A stretch of DNA of 64,000 nt from Bacteroidota bacterium (GTDB lineage: Bacteria; Bacteroidota; Bacteroidia; Flavobacteriales; BACL11): the NCBI GenBank assembly GCA_036339955.1, contig JAYYZX010000006.1, positions 68,690-132,689 of the forward strand. Direction: 5' to 3'. Made by a program: the position numbers and the translations under genes. Under the pieces are notes generated by a model. It ran no database searches and was not told where the DNA came from. It was given only the letters and a program-made list of their open reading frames with translations. Shown here in pieces: positions 1 through 10,473 of this stretch; within the stretch, counting starts at the first letter, position 1, and the number at the start of each line of letters is the position of its first letter.

Positions 1-42
1 ATACTTTGTGATAAATGTTTCTTTATGATGATGTTCTTCCAT
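1..42 (-). CDS. coxA: Cytochrome c oxidase subunit I, N-terminal fragment (runs off window start)
   Basis: Manual translation from ATG at 42 gives MEEHHHKETFITKY, matching the His-rich start of flavobacterial CoxA; lies 8 bp downstream of coxB. Confidence 0.8.
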   Translation of the reverse strand, partial: MEEHHHKETFITKY

Positions 43-50
43 AGTATCTC

Positions 51-1025
51 TTATTTTAAAGTTAGAGTATTTTTTAATATTTTTTGTTGAGCTATCCAGT
101 TATCATACTCTTCTTGGGTTTCTACAACAACTTTAATTTGCATATTATAATGTGCTGCTCCACATATTTTATTACACAGTAATATATATTCAAAGTCTTC
201 TCCTTCTTCCTCTTTCATTTCATTAGTAGTTTTAGTAGGAGTGAAAGCAAATTGTGTTATCATCCCTGGAACACAATTCATCTGTACTCTAAAATGTGGT
301 AAAAAAGCAGAGTGAATAACATCTTGTGATCTAAATTTAAATAGTATTTGTTTGTCTTTAACAAGATGTATTTCTTTGGTTACAATATCATCATGCGAAT
401 TAATATCATTTAAATCTACACCTAATTGATTAGGTCCTTCTACTAATTTGTAATTTGCATAACCAAGTGTATTATCTTCTCCTGAATATCTTGCTGTCCA
501 ATCAAACTGTTTAGCATATACTTCAACGACCATGGCGTTAGTAGTATCAACATTCATTGCCTTATCCCAAGTACGTAAACCATAAATAATAACTCCTGTT
601 AAAAATATTGCTGGTATTACTGTCCAAACAACTTCTAATTTATTACTATGAGTAATGTAGTATGCCTTTTTATTCGAATTTCCTCTATATTTTAATACAA
701 AATATGCTAATAATGGGGTAAGAATAAAAAATACAATTAAGATAGTATTCATTGTAAAACTCATTAAACCATCAATAATTAATCCATGTATAGAAGCGGC
801 TTCTGGCAATAAAAATTTATTCCAAGCAATCATTTGCCAAATAACAAACACTACAAATAAAACTAATACAATAAAATATATAATCCCATTTCTATCATTA
901 TCTTTATCTGTTATGTCATTGACATTCTTGTTGTTAAGTTCTGCTAATAACTCTCCAATTCTAGTAGATTGTACTAGTAAGGCAATTCCTAAGAAAACTA
1001 TTAATATGTATAATATATTTATCAT
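51..1025 (-). CDS. coxB: Cytochrome c oxidase subunit II
   Basis: TM helices, LEVVWTVIP, KQFDW, DVIHS and CuA motif CNKICGAAHYNM; follows actF. Confidence 0.95.
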   Translation of the reverse strand: MINILYILIVFLGIALLVQSTRIGELLAELNNKNVNDITDKDNDRNGIIYFIVLVLFVVFVIWQMIAWNKFLLPEAASIHGLIIDGLMSFTMNTILIVFFILTPLLAYFVLKYRGNSNKKAYYITHSNKLEVVWTVIPAIFLTGVIIYGLRTWDKAMNVDTTNAMVVEVYAKQFDWTARYSGEDNTLGYANYKLVEGPNQLGVDLNDINSHDDIVTKEIHLVKDKQILFKFRSQDVIHSAFLPHFRVQMNCVPGMITQFAFTPTKTTNEMKEEEGEDFEYILLCNKICGAAHYNMQIKVVVETQEEYDNWIAQQKILKNTLTLK

Positions 1026-1035
1026 TTCCTATATT

Positions 1036-2226
1036 TTAATGATGTAAATGTCTACTTTCATCTAAAAATGGATGTGATTTAATATTTAATTCTCGATCTC
1101 TAAGATTCTTCATTACTACTCTTAAGAATAGTCCTAAAAATCCTATCCCCATACCTATTTCAACAAAACCTAAATGACCATGATCATGTAATGTCCCTGG
1201 GGCAAATAATAGATATGAATTTATCCAATGTCCAATCAAAATTACTACACAAACCAAGGTCAGTGTTTTCGTATTTCTCTTAGCATCTCTACTCATTAAT
1301 AAAATAAGGGGTATAATAAAATTGATGGTTAAACTAAACCAAAAAAGAAATCTGTAATTTGAAAGCTCTATTCTCTCCATATGGTAAACAACTTCCTCAG
1401 GGATATTAGCATACCAAATCAACATAAATTGCGAAAACCACATATAGGTCCATACGATAGAAAAAGCAAAAACAAATTTACCTAAGTCATGTATATGATT
1501 TTCATTAACATTTTCTAAATAGCCCTGTTTCTTTAAATATAATGTAAGTAACAAAATAGTAGCAAACCCAATTGTAGCCCATTCAGAAAAAATATACCAG
1601 CCAAATAACGTGCTAAACCAATGTGTATCTATCGACATAATCCAATCCCATGAAGCAGTACAAGATGTAACAGCAAAAAATACAATAAACCATGCTGAAA
1701 CAGTTACTCCTTTATTATATGATTTAGTTCCTAATCCTCCTTCTAAATCTCCTGCTAATGATAAATCCTTAAGTTTTTTTGCACAATAAACCCAAACAAT
1801 AACATAAATAAACGATCTTATTAAGAAAAAAGGGACATTAAGATATGGTTCTTTACCTGCAATAATAGCATCATAATTATCACTAGTTGGATCCATAATA
1901 CCAGTTTCCATCCAGTGATATATATGATTCCAATGCATACTTCCAGCAATAACAATTATAAGCATTATAACTCCTGTGATAGGTAAAAATGACATAATGG
2001 CCTCAGGGACCCTTTTCAATACAATTGACCAACCAGCCTCTGAAATATATTGTAGTGCAACAAAAACAACAGCAAAAAGAGAAATTCCAAGGAAAAAGTA
2101 ATTATTAAAAAGTAAACTTGGCCATGCAGCATGAGGATCATTAATAAAACCATAAACTAATGCAATCAAACCTATCAGCATCATAATACTAGAAATTGAC
2201 TTTATTTTATTATTAATTACAAACAT
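1036..2226 (-). CDS. actF: Alternative complex III subunit ActF
   Basis: Polytopic membrane protein with DWIMS..HWFSTLFG and FSQFMLIWYANIPEE; position in act operon. Confidence 0.92.
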   Translation of the reverse strand: MFVINNKIKSISSIMMLIGLIALVYGFINDPHAAWPSLLFNNYFFLGISLFAVVFVALQYISEAGWSIVLKRVPEAIMSFLPITGVIMLIIVIAGSMHWNHIYHWMETGIMDPTSDNYDAIIAGKEPYLNVPFFLIRSFIYVIVWVYCAKKLKDLSLAGDLEGGLGTKSYNKGVTVSAWFIVFFAVTSCTASWDWIMSIDTHWFSTLFGWYIFSEWATIGFATILLLTLYLKKQGYLENVNENHIHDLGKFVFAFSIVWTYMWFSQFMLIWYANIPEEVVYHMERIELSNYRFLFWFSLTINFIIPLILLMSRDAKRNTKTLTLVCVVILIGHWINSYLLFAPGTLHDHGHLGFVEIGMGIGFLGLFLRVVMKNLRDRELNIKSHPFLDESRHLHH

Positions 2227-2238
2227 TACTTTTATTTT

Positions 2239-2835
2239 TTATTCTTCTTTTTTCTGTAGTTTTTCTTTTATATAATATACAATTTGCCATCTTTCTTCAG
2301 AAGAAAGTTGTGATGCATGTGGCCCCATTGCATTCAATCCATATGTTATTGTATGATATATATGTCCATCTTTAAGCTCCTTCATCGTACTTCCTGTTCT
2401 ACGAATCATCTTATCATCATTGTATGCAGGGATCGCAGAATACACAGGATGTTTAATGGTTCCATCTCCTTTACCTGTATTCCCATGACAATGCTTACAA
2501 AACATTCCATATAATTGCTTCCCTTCTTCTAAATTTTCTTCCGAAAGAGAAATTGGATTTTTCAATTCTTTACCTGCTTCTAAATATCCATCTAAACTTT
2601 TATCATACTCAAAAAGGGTATAACCTCTAGGAATAGTTCCTTTAACCGGTATTCTTATACTTTTCCCTTCTAATCCTTTATCATCATAGGTCTCTAAAGA
2701 AGGTGATGTGTACATATTTGGCATAAAGACATACCCTTTTTCATGTGTACAAGAAGACAGCGTAAGCATAACACAAAATAATATTGTAAGAAAATTACCC
2801 CAATATTTCAACATATTTCTGTTTAATTTTTTCAT
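2239..2835 (-). CDS. actE: ACIII monoheme cytochrome c lipoprotein ActE
   Basis: Lipobox LSSC, MPNMY, single CKHCH heme motif, ERWQIV. Confidence 0.9.
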   Translation of the reverse strand: MKKLNRNMLKYWGNFLTILFCVMLTLSSCTHEKGYVFMPNMYTSPSLETYDDKGLEGKSIRIPVKGTIPRGYTLFEYDKSLDGYLEAGKELKNPISLSEENLEEGKQLYGMFCKHCHGNTGKGDGTIKHPVYSAIPAYNDDKMIRRTGSTMKELKDGHIYHTITYGLNAMGPHASQLSSEERWQIVYYIKEKLQKKEE

Positions 2836-3362
2836 TCTTTTTCATTTATTTCAGTTGCTCCTGTATCCCTTAGCATATCTTTAATATTTACTGTAGAATT
2901 ACTAACCTCTATCTCCATAAGAAATTTATCATCTGTAGTTCTAATATCTGGACTACTATCATTTGAACCAGGATATAATTTATTCCTAAAAAGATACGTA
3001 ATAGACATCAAATGTGCTGCAAAAAGTACCGTGCATTCAAACATAATAGGGACAAAAGCTGGTAAATTATGATAAAAAGTCCAATTAGGTTTATTACCTA
3101 TATCCATAGGCCAACTTTTATAATCTCCTGATATCATCATATAATAAATCAATAATCCTCCAAATGAAATCCCTATACATCCATATATAAATGCTGTTAT
3201 TGCCATTCTAGTTTCCTTTAATCCTAATGCTTTATCCAAACCATGAACTGGGAAAGGGGAATAAACTTCTTTAATATTGATATTCTGACTTCGAATCTTC
3301 TTCACTGCTGTAAGCAAAGTAATCTCATCGTCATATATTGCATGTATAATTTTATTACTCAT
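2832..3362 (-). CDS. actD: ACIII subunit ActD (DUF3341)
   Basis: EVYSPFPVHGLD, two TM helices, FECTVLFAAH, TTDDKF. Confidence 0.92.
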   Translation of the reverse strand: MSNKIIHAIYDDEITLLTAVKKIRSQNINIKEVYSPFPVHGLDKALGLKETRMAITAFIYGCIGISFGGLLIYYMMISGDYKSWPMDIGNKPNWTFYHNLPAFVPIMFECTVLFAAHLMSITYLFRNKLYPGSNDSSPDIRTTDDKFLMEIEVSNSTVNIKDMLRDTGATEINEKE

Positions 3363-4743
3363 CGTTATGTCCTTTTTTATATTCTGATCCAGAAGATTTT
3401 AAAATAGATTTTAATTCTGCTTGTGCTATTACTGGGAAAGTTCTAGAATACAATAAAAACAGTACAAAAAAGAACCCTATTGTTCCTAAAAAAATCCCTA
3501 TATCTACAAAAGAAGGAGAAAACATAGTCCATGCAGAAGGCAAGTAATCTCTATGCAATGATGTAACAATAATTACAAACCTCTCAAACCACATACCTAT
3601 ATTAACAAATATGGAAAGAATAAAAGTAGTAACTAAATTTGTTCTGATTTTTTTAATCCAATACAGTTGTGGGATCACTACATTACACGTCATCATGCTT
3701 GCATAAGCCCACCAGTAAGGACCGGTAGCTCGATTCAAAAATGCATATTGTTCATACTCAACTCCAGAATACCAAGCCATAAATAATTCTGTAATATAAG
3801 CTACCCCTACCATAGATCCTGTAAATAATATAATTATATTCATATATTCAATATGCTTGACAGTAATATATGCTTCCATATTAACTACCTTTCTCATAAT
3901 TATTAGTAAAGTTTCTACCATAGCAAATCCGGAAAATAATGCTCCTAAAACAAAATATGGAGGAAAAATAGTTGTATGCCAACCTGGTATCACAGAAGTT
4001 GCAAAATCCATAGATACAATTGAGTGAACAGAAAATACCAAAGGAGTTGCTAAACCAGCAAGAACTAATGAAACTTCTTCAAATCTTTGCCAATGCTTGG
4101 CTCTCCCACTCCATCCAAATGCAAGAATAGTATATAATTTCTTTTTTAGTGGATTAATAACGCCATTGACCCGATCTCTAATCATAGCAAAATCAGGGAT
4201 TAAGCCAATATACCAAAATACTACTGAAACAGTAAAATAAGTAGAAATTGCAAAAACATCCCACATGAGAGGGGAATTAAAGTTTACCCATAAAGAACCA
4301 AATTGATTTGGTATAGGAAAAACAAAATATGCTAACCATGGCCTCCCCATGTGTATCAACGGGAATAATGCTGCTTGAGCAACACCAAAAATTGTCATTG
4401 CTTCAGCAGATCTATTAATAGCCATTCTCCATTTTTGACGAAATAAAAGTAATACTGCAGAAATTAATGTTCCTGCATGCCCTATACCAATCCACCAAAC
4501 AAAATTGGTGATATCCCATGCCCAATTAACTGTTTTATTTAGTCCCCAAGCTCCTATTCCTGTACCAATGGTATATGCAATACATAAAACCCCCCATAAA
4601 AATAAAATAAGAGAGAGGAAAAATAATATCCACCAATATTTGTTTGCTTTCCCTTCAACAGGTTTAGCAATTTCTACGGTAATATCATGGTATGATTTAT
4701 TACCAATAATTAGCGGATCTCTAATCTCTGATTCTCTTTGCAT
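3355..4743 (-). CDS. actC: ACIII quinol-binding subunit ActC (NrfD/PsrC family)
   Basis: WDITNFVWWIGIGHAGTLISA, HMGRPW, WHTTIFPPYF, GMWFERF. Confidence 0.95.
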   Translation of the reverse strand: MQRESEIRDPLIIGNKSYHDITVEIAKPVEGKANKYWWILFFLSLILFLWGVLCIAYTIGTGIGAWGLNKTVNWAWDITNFVWWIGIGHAGTLISAVLLLFRQKWRMAINRSAEAMTIFGVAQAALFPLIHMGRPWLAYFVFPIPNQFGSLWVNFNSPLMWDVFAISTYFTVSVVFWYIGLIPDFAMIRDRVNGVINPLKKKLYTILAFGWSGRAKHWQRFEEVSLVLAGLATPLVFSVHSIVSMDFATSVIPGWHTTIFPPYFVLGALFSGFAMVETLLIIMRKVVNMEAYITVKHIEYMNIIILFTGSMVGVAYITELFMAWYSGVEYEQYAFLNRATGPYWWAYASMMTCNVVIPQLYWIKKIRTNLVTTFILSIFVNIGMWFERFVIIVTSLHRDYLPSAWTMFSPSFVDIGIFLGTIGFFFVLFLLYSRTFPVIAQAELKSILKSSGSEYKKGHNDE

Positions 4744-7712
4744 TACCCTTTATTTCTTACTTTAGTTTGATAAAATACAGATGGCCTTACATTTAAGTGA
4801 TCTAATAAATCATAAGCCCTTTCATCTTCCCTTAATTTAGCTACCTCACTATTTTGATCATTCCTATCTCCAAAAACAAGTGCATTTGTTCCGCAAACTG
4901 CAGAACAAGCTGTTTGTGCATCTTTATCTTTAATTTTATCGCCATTCTTTTTTGCTTCTAATTTTATATCTTGAATTCTTTGTATGCACATACTACACTT
5001 TTCAATTACTCCTCTTGAACGAACCACAACATCAGGATTTAATACCATTTTTCCATAATCATCATTCATGTGATAATCAAATTTCTCATTCTCTGCATAT
5101 TGGAACCAGTTAAATCTTCTCACTTTATAAGGACAATTATTTGCACAATATCTCGTTCCAACACATCTGTTATATGTCATTTGATTTAATCCTTCACTAC
5201 TATGTGTTGTTGCTGCAACTGGACATACATTTTCACAAGGAGCACTATTGCAATGCTGACACATTACAGGCTGAAATACAACTTCAGGATTTTCAGATGG
5301 CTCCTCCATTTCGCTAAACATGTCAATTGCTGAAATCTTTTCTTCTACTGCAAGTTCTTTAGTCATTTCAGAAGAAAAATATCTGTCAATACGTAGCCAA
5401 TGCATATCTCTACTTTTTCTCACTTCCTCTTTACCAACAACTGGTATATTATTTTCTGCTTGACAAGAGACTACACATTCTCCACACCCTATACAAGAGC
5501 TTAAATCAATCGATAGATTCCAAAAATGACCTGTTTTTAAATCATGTTCATCATATAGTGTTACTTTATTCGAAGGAAGTTTCCCTTTATAAGTTGAAAA
5601 CTCTAATCTTTCATTGCCTGAAGAAGGGTCTTTTATATAATCTGCAAGAGTAGTTTCTTTAACTATATCTCTGCCCATCATAGTATGATGTAATTGGGTA
5701 CATGCGAATTCATATTCGCCCTCTATTTTTTCAATAGTAATAAAATTAGAGTTAGAGAAGTTATTTGCATTAAAACCTATTCCTTCTCCGGCTTTTCCAC
5801 ATTTTTTTCTTCCATAACCAACCGCCATACCAATAGTCTTATTAGCCTGCCCTGGTTGTATCATTACTGGTAAATTATTTAAGGAAATATTCCCAGATTT
5901 AATATTTACTAAACTTCCGTTTAAAGCTCCATTTGAAATATTCCAGTTCTTTAAACCAAAATCACGTGCTGTACTTGGAGAAATAGTGATATAGTTATCC
6001 CAGCAAGCTCTAGTAATTGGATCTGGAAATTCTTGTAGCCAAGGATTATTAGCTTGAGCTCCATCTCCCAATGCAATGCTCTCATAAAGAGCTATTTCAA
6101 TATTTTTGTCTTGTGTTTTATTATCTGTTAATTTACCTTGAAATACAAACCTTTTTGGAAAATATTTACTCTCTGAAAGATTAAAATCTCCATCATGTAA
6201 TGCTTGATTCCATTTTATACCTTTATTGCTCCAAAATTTCTTCAAATAAGAGTAATAATCCACTTCATTCATTTCAGCCCAAGAAATTATACTGTCTTGA
6301 AATTGCCTTGTATTAAATAATGGGGAAATAGTAGGCTGCATAAGAGAAACATAATTATAATATGGCTTAGCATCTCCCCAGCTTTCTAAGTTATGATGAT
6401 CTGGAGCAACATAATCCATTAATTCGGCAGTCTCATCGTTATATGAAGATGTTGATACTGTAAGGTTCACTTGTTTTAATGCTTTAATAAACCTTTTATT
6501 ATCAGCCAAAGTATATGCTGGATTTACATTATAAGTTATTAATGCACTCACCTCCCCTAGCTCCATCTCTCTAATTAATGAATGAACTCTTTCAGTATCT
6601 CCTTGTTTTAAATAACAAGGAATTGATATATCAAGAGTCTTAGAATAATTACTTAACTTCTGATTTATTGCATTTACAATAAGTTGTGTGTTTTTATCAT
6701 TACTATCTGAAAGCACAATTGATTTTCCAGTATTCTTTTTTAGATCTTTAACAATAGATTTTAAACGTTTATCTGCAGAACTGCCATTTAATGCTGCATA
6801 TAAATTTGATAATAAGTATGCTTGTTCAGAAGGTTTTATCTGTATTCTCTTATCAGCATTAGCTCCAGTTAAAGAAAGATTAGTTTCGAGCTGATAGTGC
6901 CTAGACATTTTTCCTGATTTTGGATTTCTACCTCCAACATAATCAGAAGCATAATTATTTGCACCCCAATTACCTAGAAAATCTGCTCCAAATGAAACAA
7001 TAATATTTGTCTTGTGAAATTTATAAGAAGGGATAGCTCTAATCCCAAAAGATTCTTGATTTGCATTTAATATCCCGTCATATGGGACAGAATCAAACAT
7101 TGCATGTTCTACTCTATTATATTTATTAATAAAATTTTGAAGTAATTGTTTTGTTGAAGGACTTAGTATGCTAGATGTTAAAAGTATAATTTTGCCATTT
7201 CTTATTTCTTGTAGCTTGTTTTTAACTTCATTATCTAATGTCTTCCAATCTATTTCCTTTCCAGATTTCAATGGATATTGCAATCGGCCAGAATCATATA
7301 AAGAAAGTACTGAAGCTTGAACTCGTGCGTTTGAATGAGTTCCATTGTTTTCAATCTTAATTGGTCTTCCTTCACGAGTTTTAACAAGTACACTAGCATA
7401 ATCATATCCATCATAAATAGTAGATGCATAATAATTAGCGATCCCTGGTGTTATTTCTTCTGGTTTTATTACGTAAGGGATAGATTTTTTTATGGGATTT
7501 TCACAAGCAGCAAGTGTTGCAGCAGCAGTTGAAAAGCCTAAAAATTTTAAAAAATCTCTACGACTAGTTTGAGACTCTGATAGATTCTTTTTATCTCCTA
7601 AAAATTTATCTACTGGTAATTCTTCAACAAATTCATTTTCTGATAATCTTTTTACAATAGGATCCTCATTTAGTTGAGATAAACTTTTCCAATATTTTTT
7701 TATTTCACTCAT
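4743..7712 (-). CDS. actB: ACIII Fe-S subunit ActB (Tat-exported molybdopterin-oxidoreductase-like plus ferredoxin domain)
   Basis: Tat motif SRRDFLK, lipobox TLAAC, REGRPIKIE, Cys clusters CIGCGEC, CQHC..PCENVCP, CVGTRYCANNCP, CSMC. Confidence 0.95.
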   Translation of the reverse strand: MSEIKKYWKSLSQLNEDPIVKRLSENEFVEELPVDKFLGDKKNLSESQTSRRDFLKFLGFSTAAATLAACENPIKKSIPYVIKPEEITPGIANYYASTIYDGYDYASVLVKTREGRPIKIENNGTHSNARVQASVLSLYDSGRLQYPLKSGKEIDWKTLDNEVKNKLQEIRNGKIILLTSSILSPSTKQLLQNFINKYNRVEHAMFDSVPYDGILNANQESFGIRAIPSYKFHKTNIIVSFGADFLGNWGANNYASDYVGGRNPKSGKMSRHYQLETNLSLTGANADKRIQIKPSEQAYLLSNLYAALNGSSADKRLKSIVKDLKKNTGKSIVLSDSNDKNTQLIVNAINQKLSNYSKTLDISIPCYLKQGDTERVHSLIREMELGEVSALITYNVNPAYTLADNKRFIKALKQVNLTVSTSSYNDETAELMDYVAPDHHNLESWGDAKPYYNYVSLMQPTISPLFNTRQFQDSIISWAEMNEVDYYSYLKKFWSNKGIKWNQALHDGDFNLSESKYFPKRFVFQGKLTDNKTQDKNIEIALYESIALGDGAQANNPWLQEFPDPITRACWDNYITISPSTARDFGLKNWNISNGALNGSLVNIKSGNISLNNLPVMIQPGQANKTIGMAVGYGRKKCGKAGEGIGFNANNFSNSNFITIEKIEGEYEFACTQLHHTMMGRDIVKETTLADYIKDPSSGNERLEFSTYKGKLPSNKVTLYDEHDLKTGHFWNLSIDLSSCIGCGECVVSCQAENNIPVVGKEEVRKSRDMHWLRIDRYFSSEMTKELAVEEKISAIDMFSEMEEPSENPEVVFQPVMCQHCNSAPCENVCPVAATTHSSEGLNQMTYNRCVGTRYCANNCPYKVRRFNWFQYAENEKFDYHMNDDYGKMVLNPDVVVRSRGVIEKCSMCIQRIQDIKLEAKKNGDKIKDKDAQTACSAVCGTNALVFGDRNDQNSEVAKLREDERAYDLLDHLNVRPSVFYQTKVRNKG

Positions 7713-7716
7713 TTTA

Positions 7717-8928
7717 TTAATAATGACATTTTGCGCATTCTAATCCTCCAATCTGTTCAACAGTAAACTTATCTCCACCATACTTGTTTTTTAATTGTTC
7801 GTGAAGATGCGTATAATAGTTATTATCTGCCATTTCAACTTCTGTTTCTCTATGACATTCTACGCACCAACCCATAGTTAACTCTGCATGCTGATAAACC
7901 TCATCCATATCTTCAACTGGGCCATGACATGTTTGGCATTCTATACCTCCAACACTAACATGCTGGGCATGATTAAAATAAGCTAAGTCTGGCAAATTAT
8001 GAATCTGTATCCATTCAATCGGTTTTTGATGATAGTCGTCTATGTATTTTCGGGTGTCTGGATCATAGCCAACCGCATCATATATCTTTTGTATTTCTTT
8101 AGTTCCTGTTTTTGTTCCATTAGTAATATTCTCATGACAATTCATACACACATTAGCTGATGGGATACCAGATGTTTTACTATGTCTTGCCGAAGAATGA
8201 CAATAATTACAATCTATTCCATTCTCTCCTGCGTGTATTTTATGTGAAAACTCTATTGGTTGTTTTGGTTGATAATTCGTTGTTACTCCAATATCTAACA
8301 TAGCAGAATATCCTACTTTCGCTAATATGATAAATGTAATAAAACCAAGGCCTGCTAGATTTAAATTATTAGAAGTAAAATTTCGATATTCATTAAGTAA
8401 TGTTTCGGCAATAGTTTGTGTTTCCTGATTTAAACTTGACTTTAAGCTATTCTTAACCGAAAATAAAACAGAGACTAATCCTGTAAGTACAAGGACAATA
8501 ATTAATAATATTGTAGTGTTATCACTTTCTTCTCCAATATCTGTAACATCAGCTGATGCGCTAATAACCTCTTCTGCGGGAGGATTTTCTAAATAAGCCA
8601 ATAATGCATCAAATTCTTCATCAGAAAAATAAAATGGAGTCATTACTGATGGTTGCCATTCTTCCCATAATTTTACTGCTTCTGAATCTCCACTTTTAAT
8701 AAATTCTTGAGAATTTCTAATCCATTCTATAAGCCAATCTCTATCTCTTTTCTCTGTGATTCCTTTGAGCCCCGGACCAATAAGCCTGTTTTCTCCAATA
8801 GAATGACATGCAGTGCAATTTGATTTGAATAAAGCCTCACCATCAACTTCTGCAAATAAAGGGGTAAACCATAAAATAAATAGGGAAAATAATACCAGTC
8901 GATTCCTCCAAAAATCCAATTGAATCAT
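7717..8928 (-). CDS. actA: ACIII multiheme cytochrome c ActA (1+5 hemes)
   Basis: Six CxxCH motifs: CTACH, CNYCH, CMNCH, CQTCH, CVECH, CAKCH. Confidence 0.95.
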   Translation of the reverse strand: MIQLDFWRNRLVLFSLFILWFTPLFAEVDGEALFKSNCTACHSIGENRLIGPGLKGITEKRDRDWLIEWIRNSQEFIKSGDSEAVKLWEEWQPSVMTPFYFSDEEFDALLAYLENPPAEEVISASADVTDIGEESDNTTILLIIVLVLTGLVSVLFSVKNSLKSSLNQETQTIAETLLNEYRNFTSNNLNLAGLGFITFIILAKVGYSAMLDIGVTTNYQPKQPIEFSHKIHAGENGIDCNYCHSSARHSKTSGIPSANVCMNCHENITNGTKTGTKEIQKIYDAVGYDPDTRKYIDDYHQKPIEWIQIHNLPDLAYFNHAQHVSVGGIECQTCHGPVEDMDEVYQHAELTMGWCVECHRETEVEMADNNYYTHLHEQLKNKYGGDKFTVEQIGGLECAKCHY

Positions 8929-8959
8929 TTGTTTTTAATTATTGCTATTTTAAATCGGA

Positions 8960-8967
8960 CAAATTTA
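8960..8967 (-). promoter_or_regulatory. Bacteroidota sigma70 -7 element (TAAATTTG) for the act-cox operon
   Basis: Exact TAnnTTTG match 31 bp upstream of the actA ATG. Confidence 0.6.
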
Positions 8968-9014
8968 ATATTTTCAAATCAGAGAATTGATGCTGAAAAT
9001 CATATTTTTTCTAA

Positions 9015-9031
9015 TTTAGAATAAATCTAAA
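9015..9031. promoter_or_regulatory. Palindrome TTTAGA-N5-TCTAAA, candidate repressor (Fur-family-like) site upstream of actA
   Basis: Perfect 6-5-6 inverted repeat about 50 bp upstream of the -7 element. Confidence 0.4.
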
Positions 9032-9044
9032 CAGAGCTTAGGGT

Positions 9045-9284
9045 CTAAACTCTAACAACCTTTTTTATATCTGGTACCAACTCCTTAATTGCTGTTTCAA
9101 TTCCATTCTCTAATGTCATAAAATTAACACTACACTGTTCACAAGCTCCCAAAAATTGAATTTTCACTATCTTGTCTTGCGTTATCTCAACTAATCTTAC
9201 ATTTCCGCCATCTGATTCCAAATATGGTCTAATAGTATCTAATGCAACTTCAATATTTTCTAAAATATTATTTGTTTTCTTCAT
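9045..9284 (-). CDS. NifU/Nfu C-terminal domain protein
   Basis: IRPYLESDGGNV, GACEQC. Confidence 0.9.
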   Translation of the reverse strand: MKKTNNILENIEVALDTIRPYLESDGGNVRLVEITQDKIVKIQFLGACEQCSVNFMTLENGIETAIKELVPDIKKVVRV

Positions 9285-9298
9285 AACCTAAAACTTAT

Positions 9299-10426
9299 TT
9301 AGCTTGAGCATCCTTTATTGTGTGTAATGTCGACTTTGCTAGTTTGGGCTAAATTAATATTCCTTTCTTTTATAGATTTTATAAAATTTTCACATAAAGA
9401 TATGAAAGAATTTGAAATTTCGGTATCTACTTGTAAAATAGCCGGCCTTCCAGCATCTGAAGCCTCTCTGACGGATTGAACAAGCGGTATCTGTTCTAAT
9501 AGTGTAATAGCCATCTTATCAGCAAGATTTTTCACTCCATCCTTCCCAAAGATAAAATATTTATTGTTTGGTAGTTCTTTAGGAACAAAATAAGACATGT
9601 TTTCTACAAGACCTATTATTGGAACTTTAATATTTTCCATTTGAAACATATTAATCCCTTTGCTAGCATCAGCTAATGCAATATCTTGAGGGGTGCTTAC
9701 AATAATCGCTCCAGTAACAGGAATAGATTGAACTAAGGATAGATGAATATCCCCTGTTCCTGGAGGTAAATCTACAATCATATAATCAAGATCCCCCCAT
9801 TCAGCATCCCAAAGCATTTGATTTAAAGCCTTGGAAGCCATAGGTCCTCTCCATACTATTGCTCTATTAGATTCAACAAAAGAAGCTATTGAAAGTACTT
9901 TGACATTGTAGTTCTCTAAAGGCTTTATTCTAATTTTATTATTTGATTTTATTGAAGTAGGCTTTACACCATGTAAATCAAACATAATATGCATAGATGG
10001 GCCATAAATATCTGCATCTACAACTCCAACTTTGTAACCTAGATTTGCAAGTCCAACTGCTAAATTTGCTGATATTGTAGATTTCCCAACTCCTCCTTTT
10101 CCTGAAGCAACTGCAATAATATTCTTTATTCCTTCTATAGAATCACCTCGAATAATATTTTTTTCTTTTTTAAGCTCTACAACATTTAAATTGATTTCAA
10201 TATTCAATTCAAGATTAATATTATTGCTAATAGTTCTAATATATAACTCCTTAACCTTATCTTTAAATTGTAAGGTAGGATTGTTAATATTAAGATCTAT
10301 GATAACATCATTTCCAAATATTTGTATATTCTGAATATTAGATGATAAAACCAGCTTCTTTTCCTCTCCTTCAAAATTAGTAGCATTTAAAATCTCTCTA
10401 ATATTTTTCTCAATATTCTTGCTCAT
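9299..10426 (-). CDS. mrp: Mrp/NBP35 Fe-S cluster carrier ATPase
   Basis: SGKGGVGKST, DADIYGPS, WRGPM, DLPPGTGD, ENMSYF. Confidence 0.95.
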   Translation of the reverse strand: MSKNIEKNIREILNATNFEGEEKKLVLSSNIQNIQIFGNDVIIDLNINNPTLQFKDKVKELYIRTISNNINLELNIEINLNVVELKKEKNIIRGDSIEGIKNIIAVASGKGGVGKSTISANLAVGLANLGYKVGVVDADIYGPSMHIMFDLHGVKPTSIKSNNKIRIKPLENYNVKVLSIASFVESNRAIVWRGPMASKALNQMLWDAEWGDLDYMIVDLPPGTGDIHLSLVQSIPVTGAIIVSTPQDIALADASKGINMFQMENIKVPIIGLVENMSYFVPKELPNNKYFIFGKDGVKNLADKMAITLLEQIPLVQSVREASDAGRPAILQVDTEISNSFISLCENFIKSIKERNINLAQTSKVDITHNKGCSS

Positions 10427-10473
10427 TCTATTGTAGTAATGATGTTGAAATACAAAAGTATATATTTTAACAC

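Noticed and set aside
140-180. CuA motif CNKIC has Lys where many CoxB proteins have Glu
   Set aside because: That ligand binds through its backbone carbonyl, and this variant is common in flavobacterial CoxB as I recall
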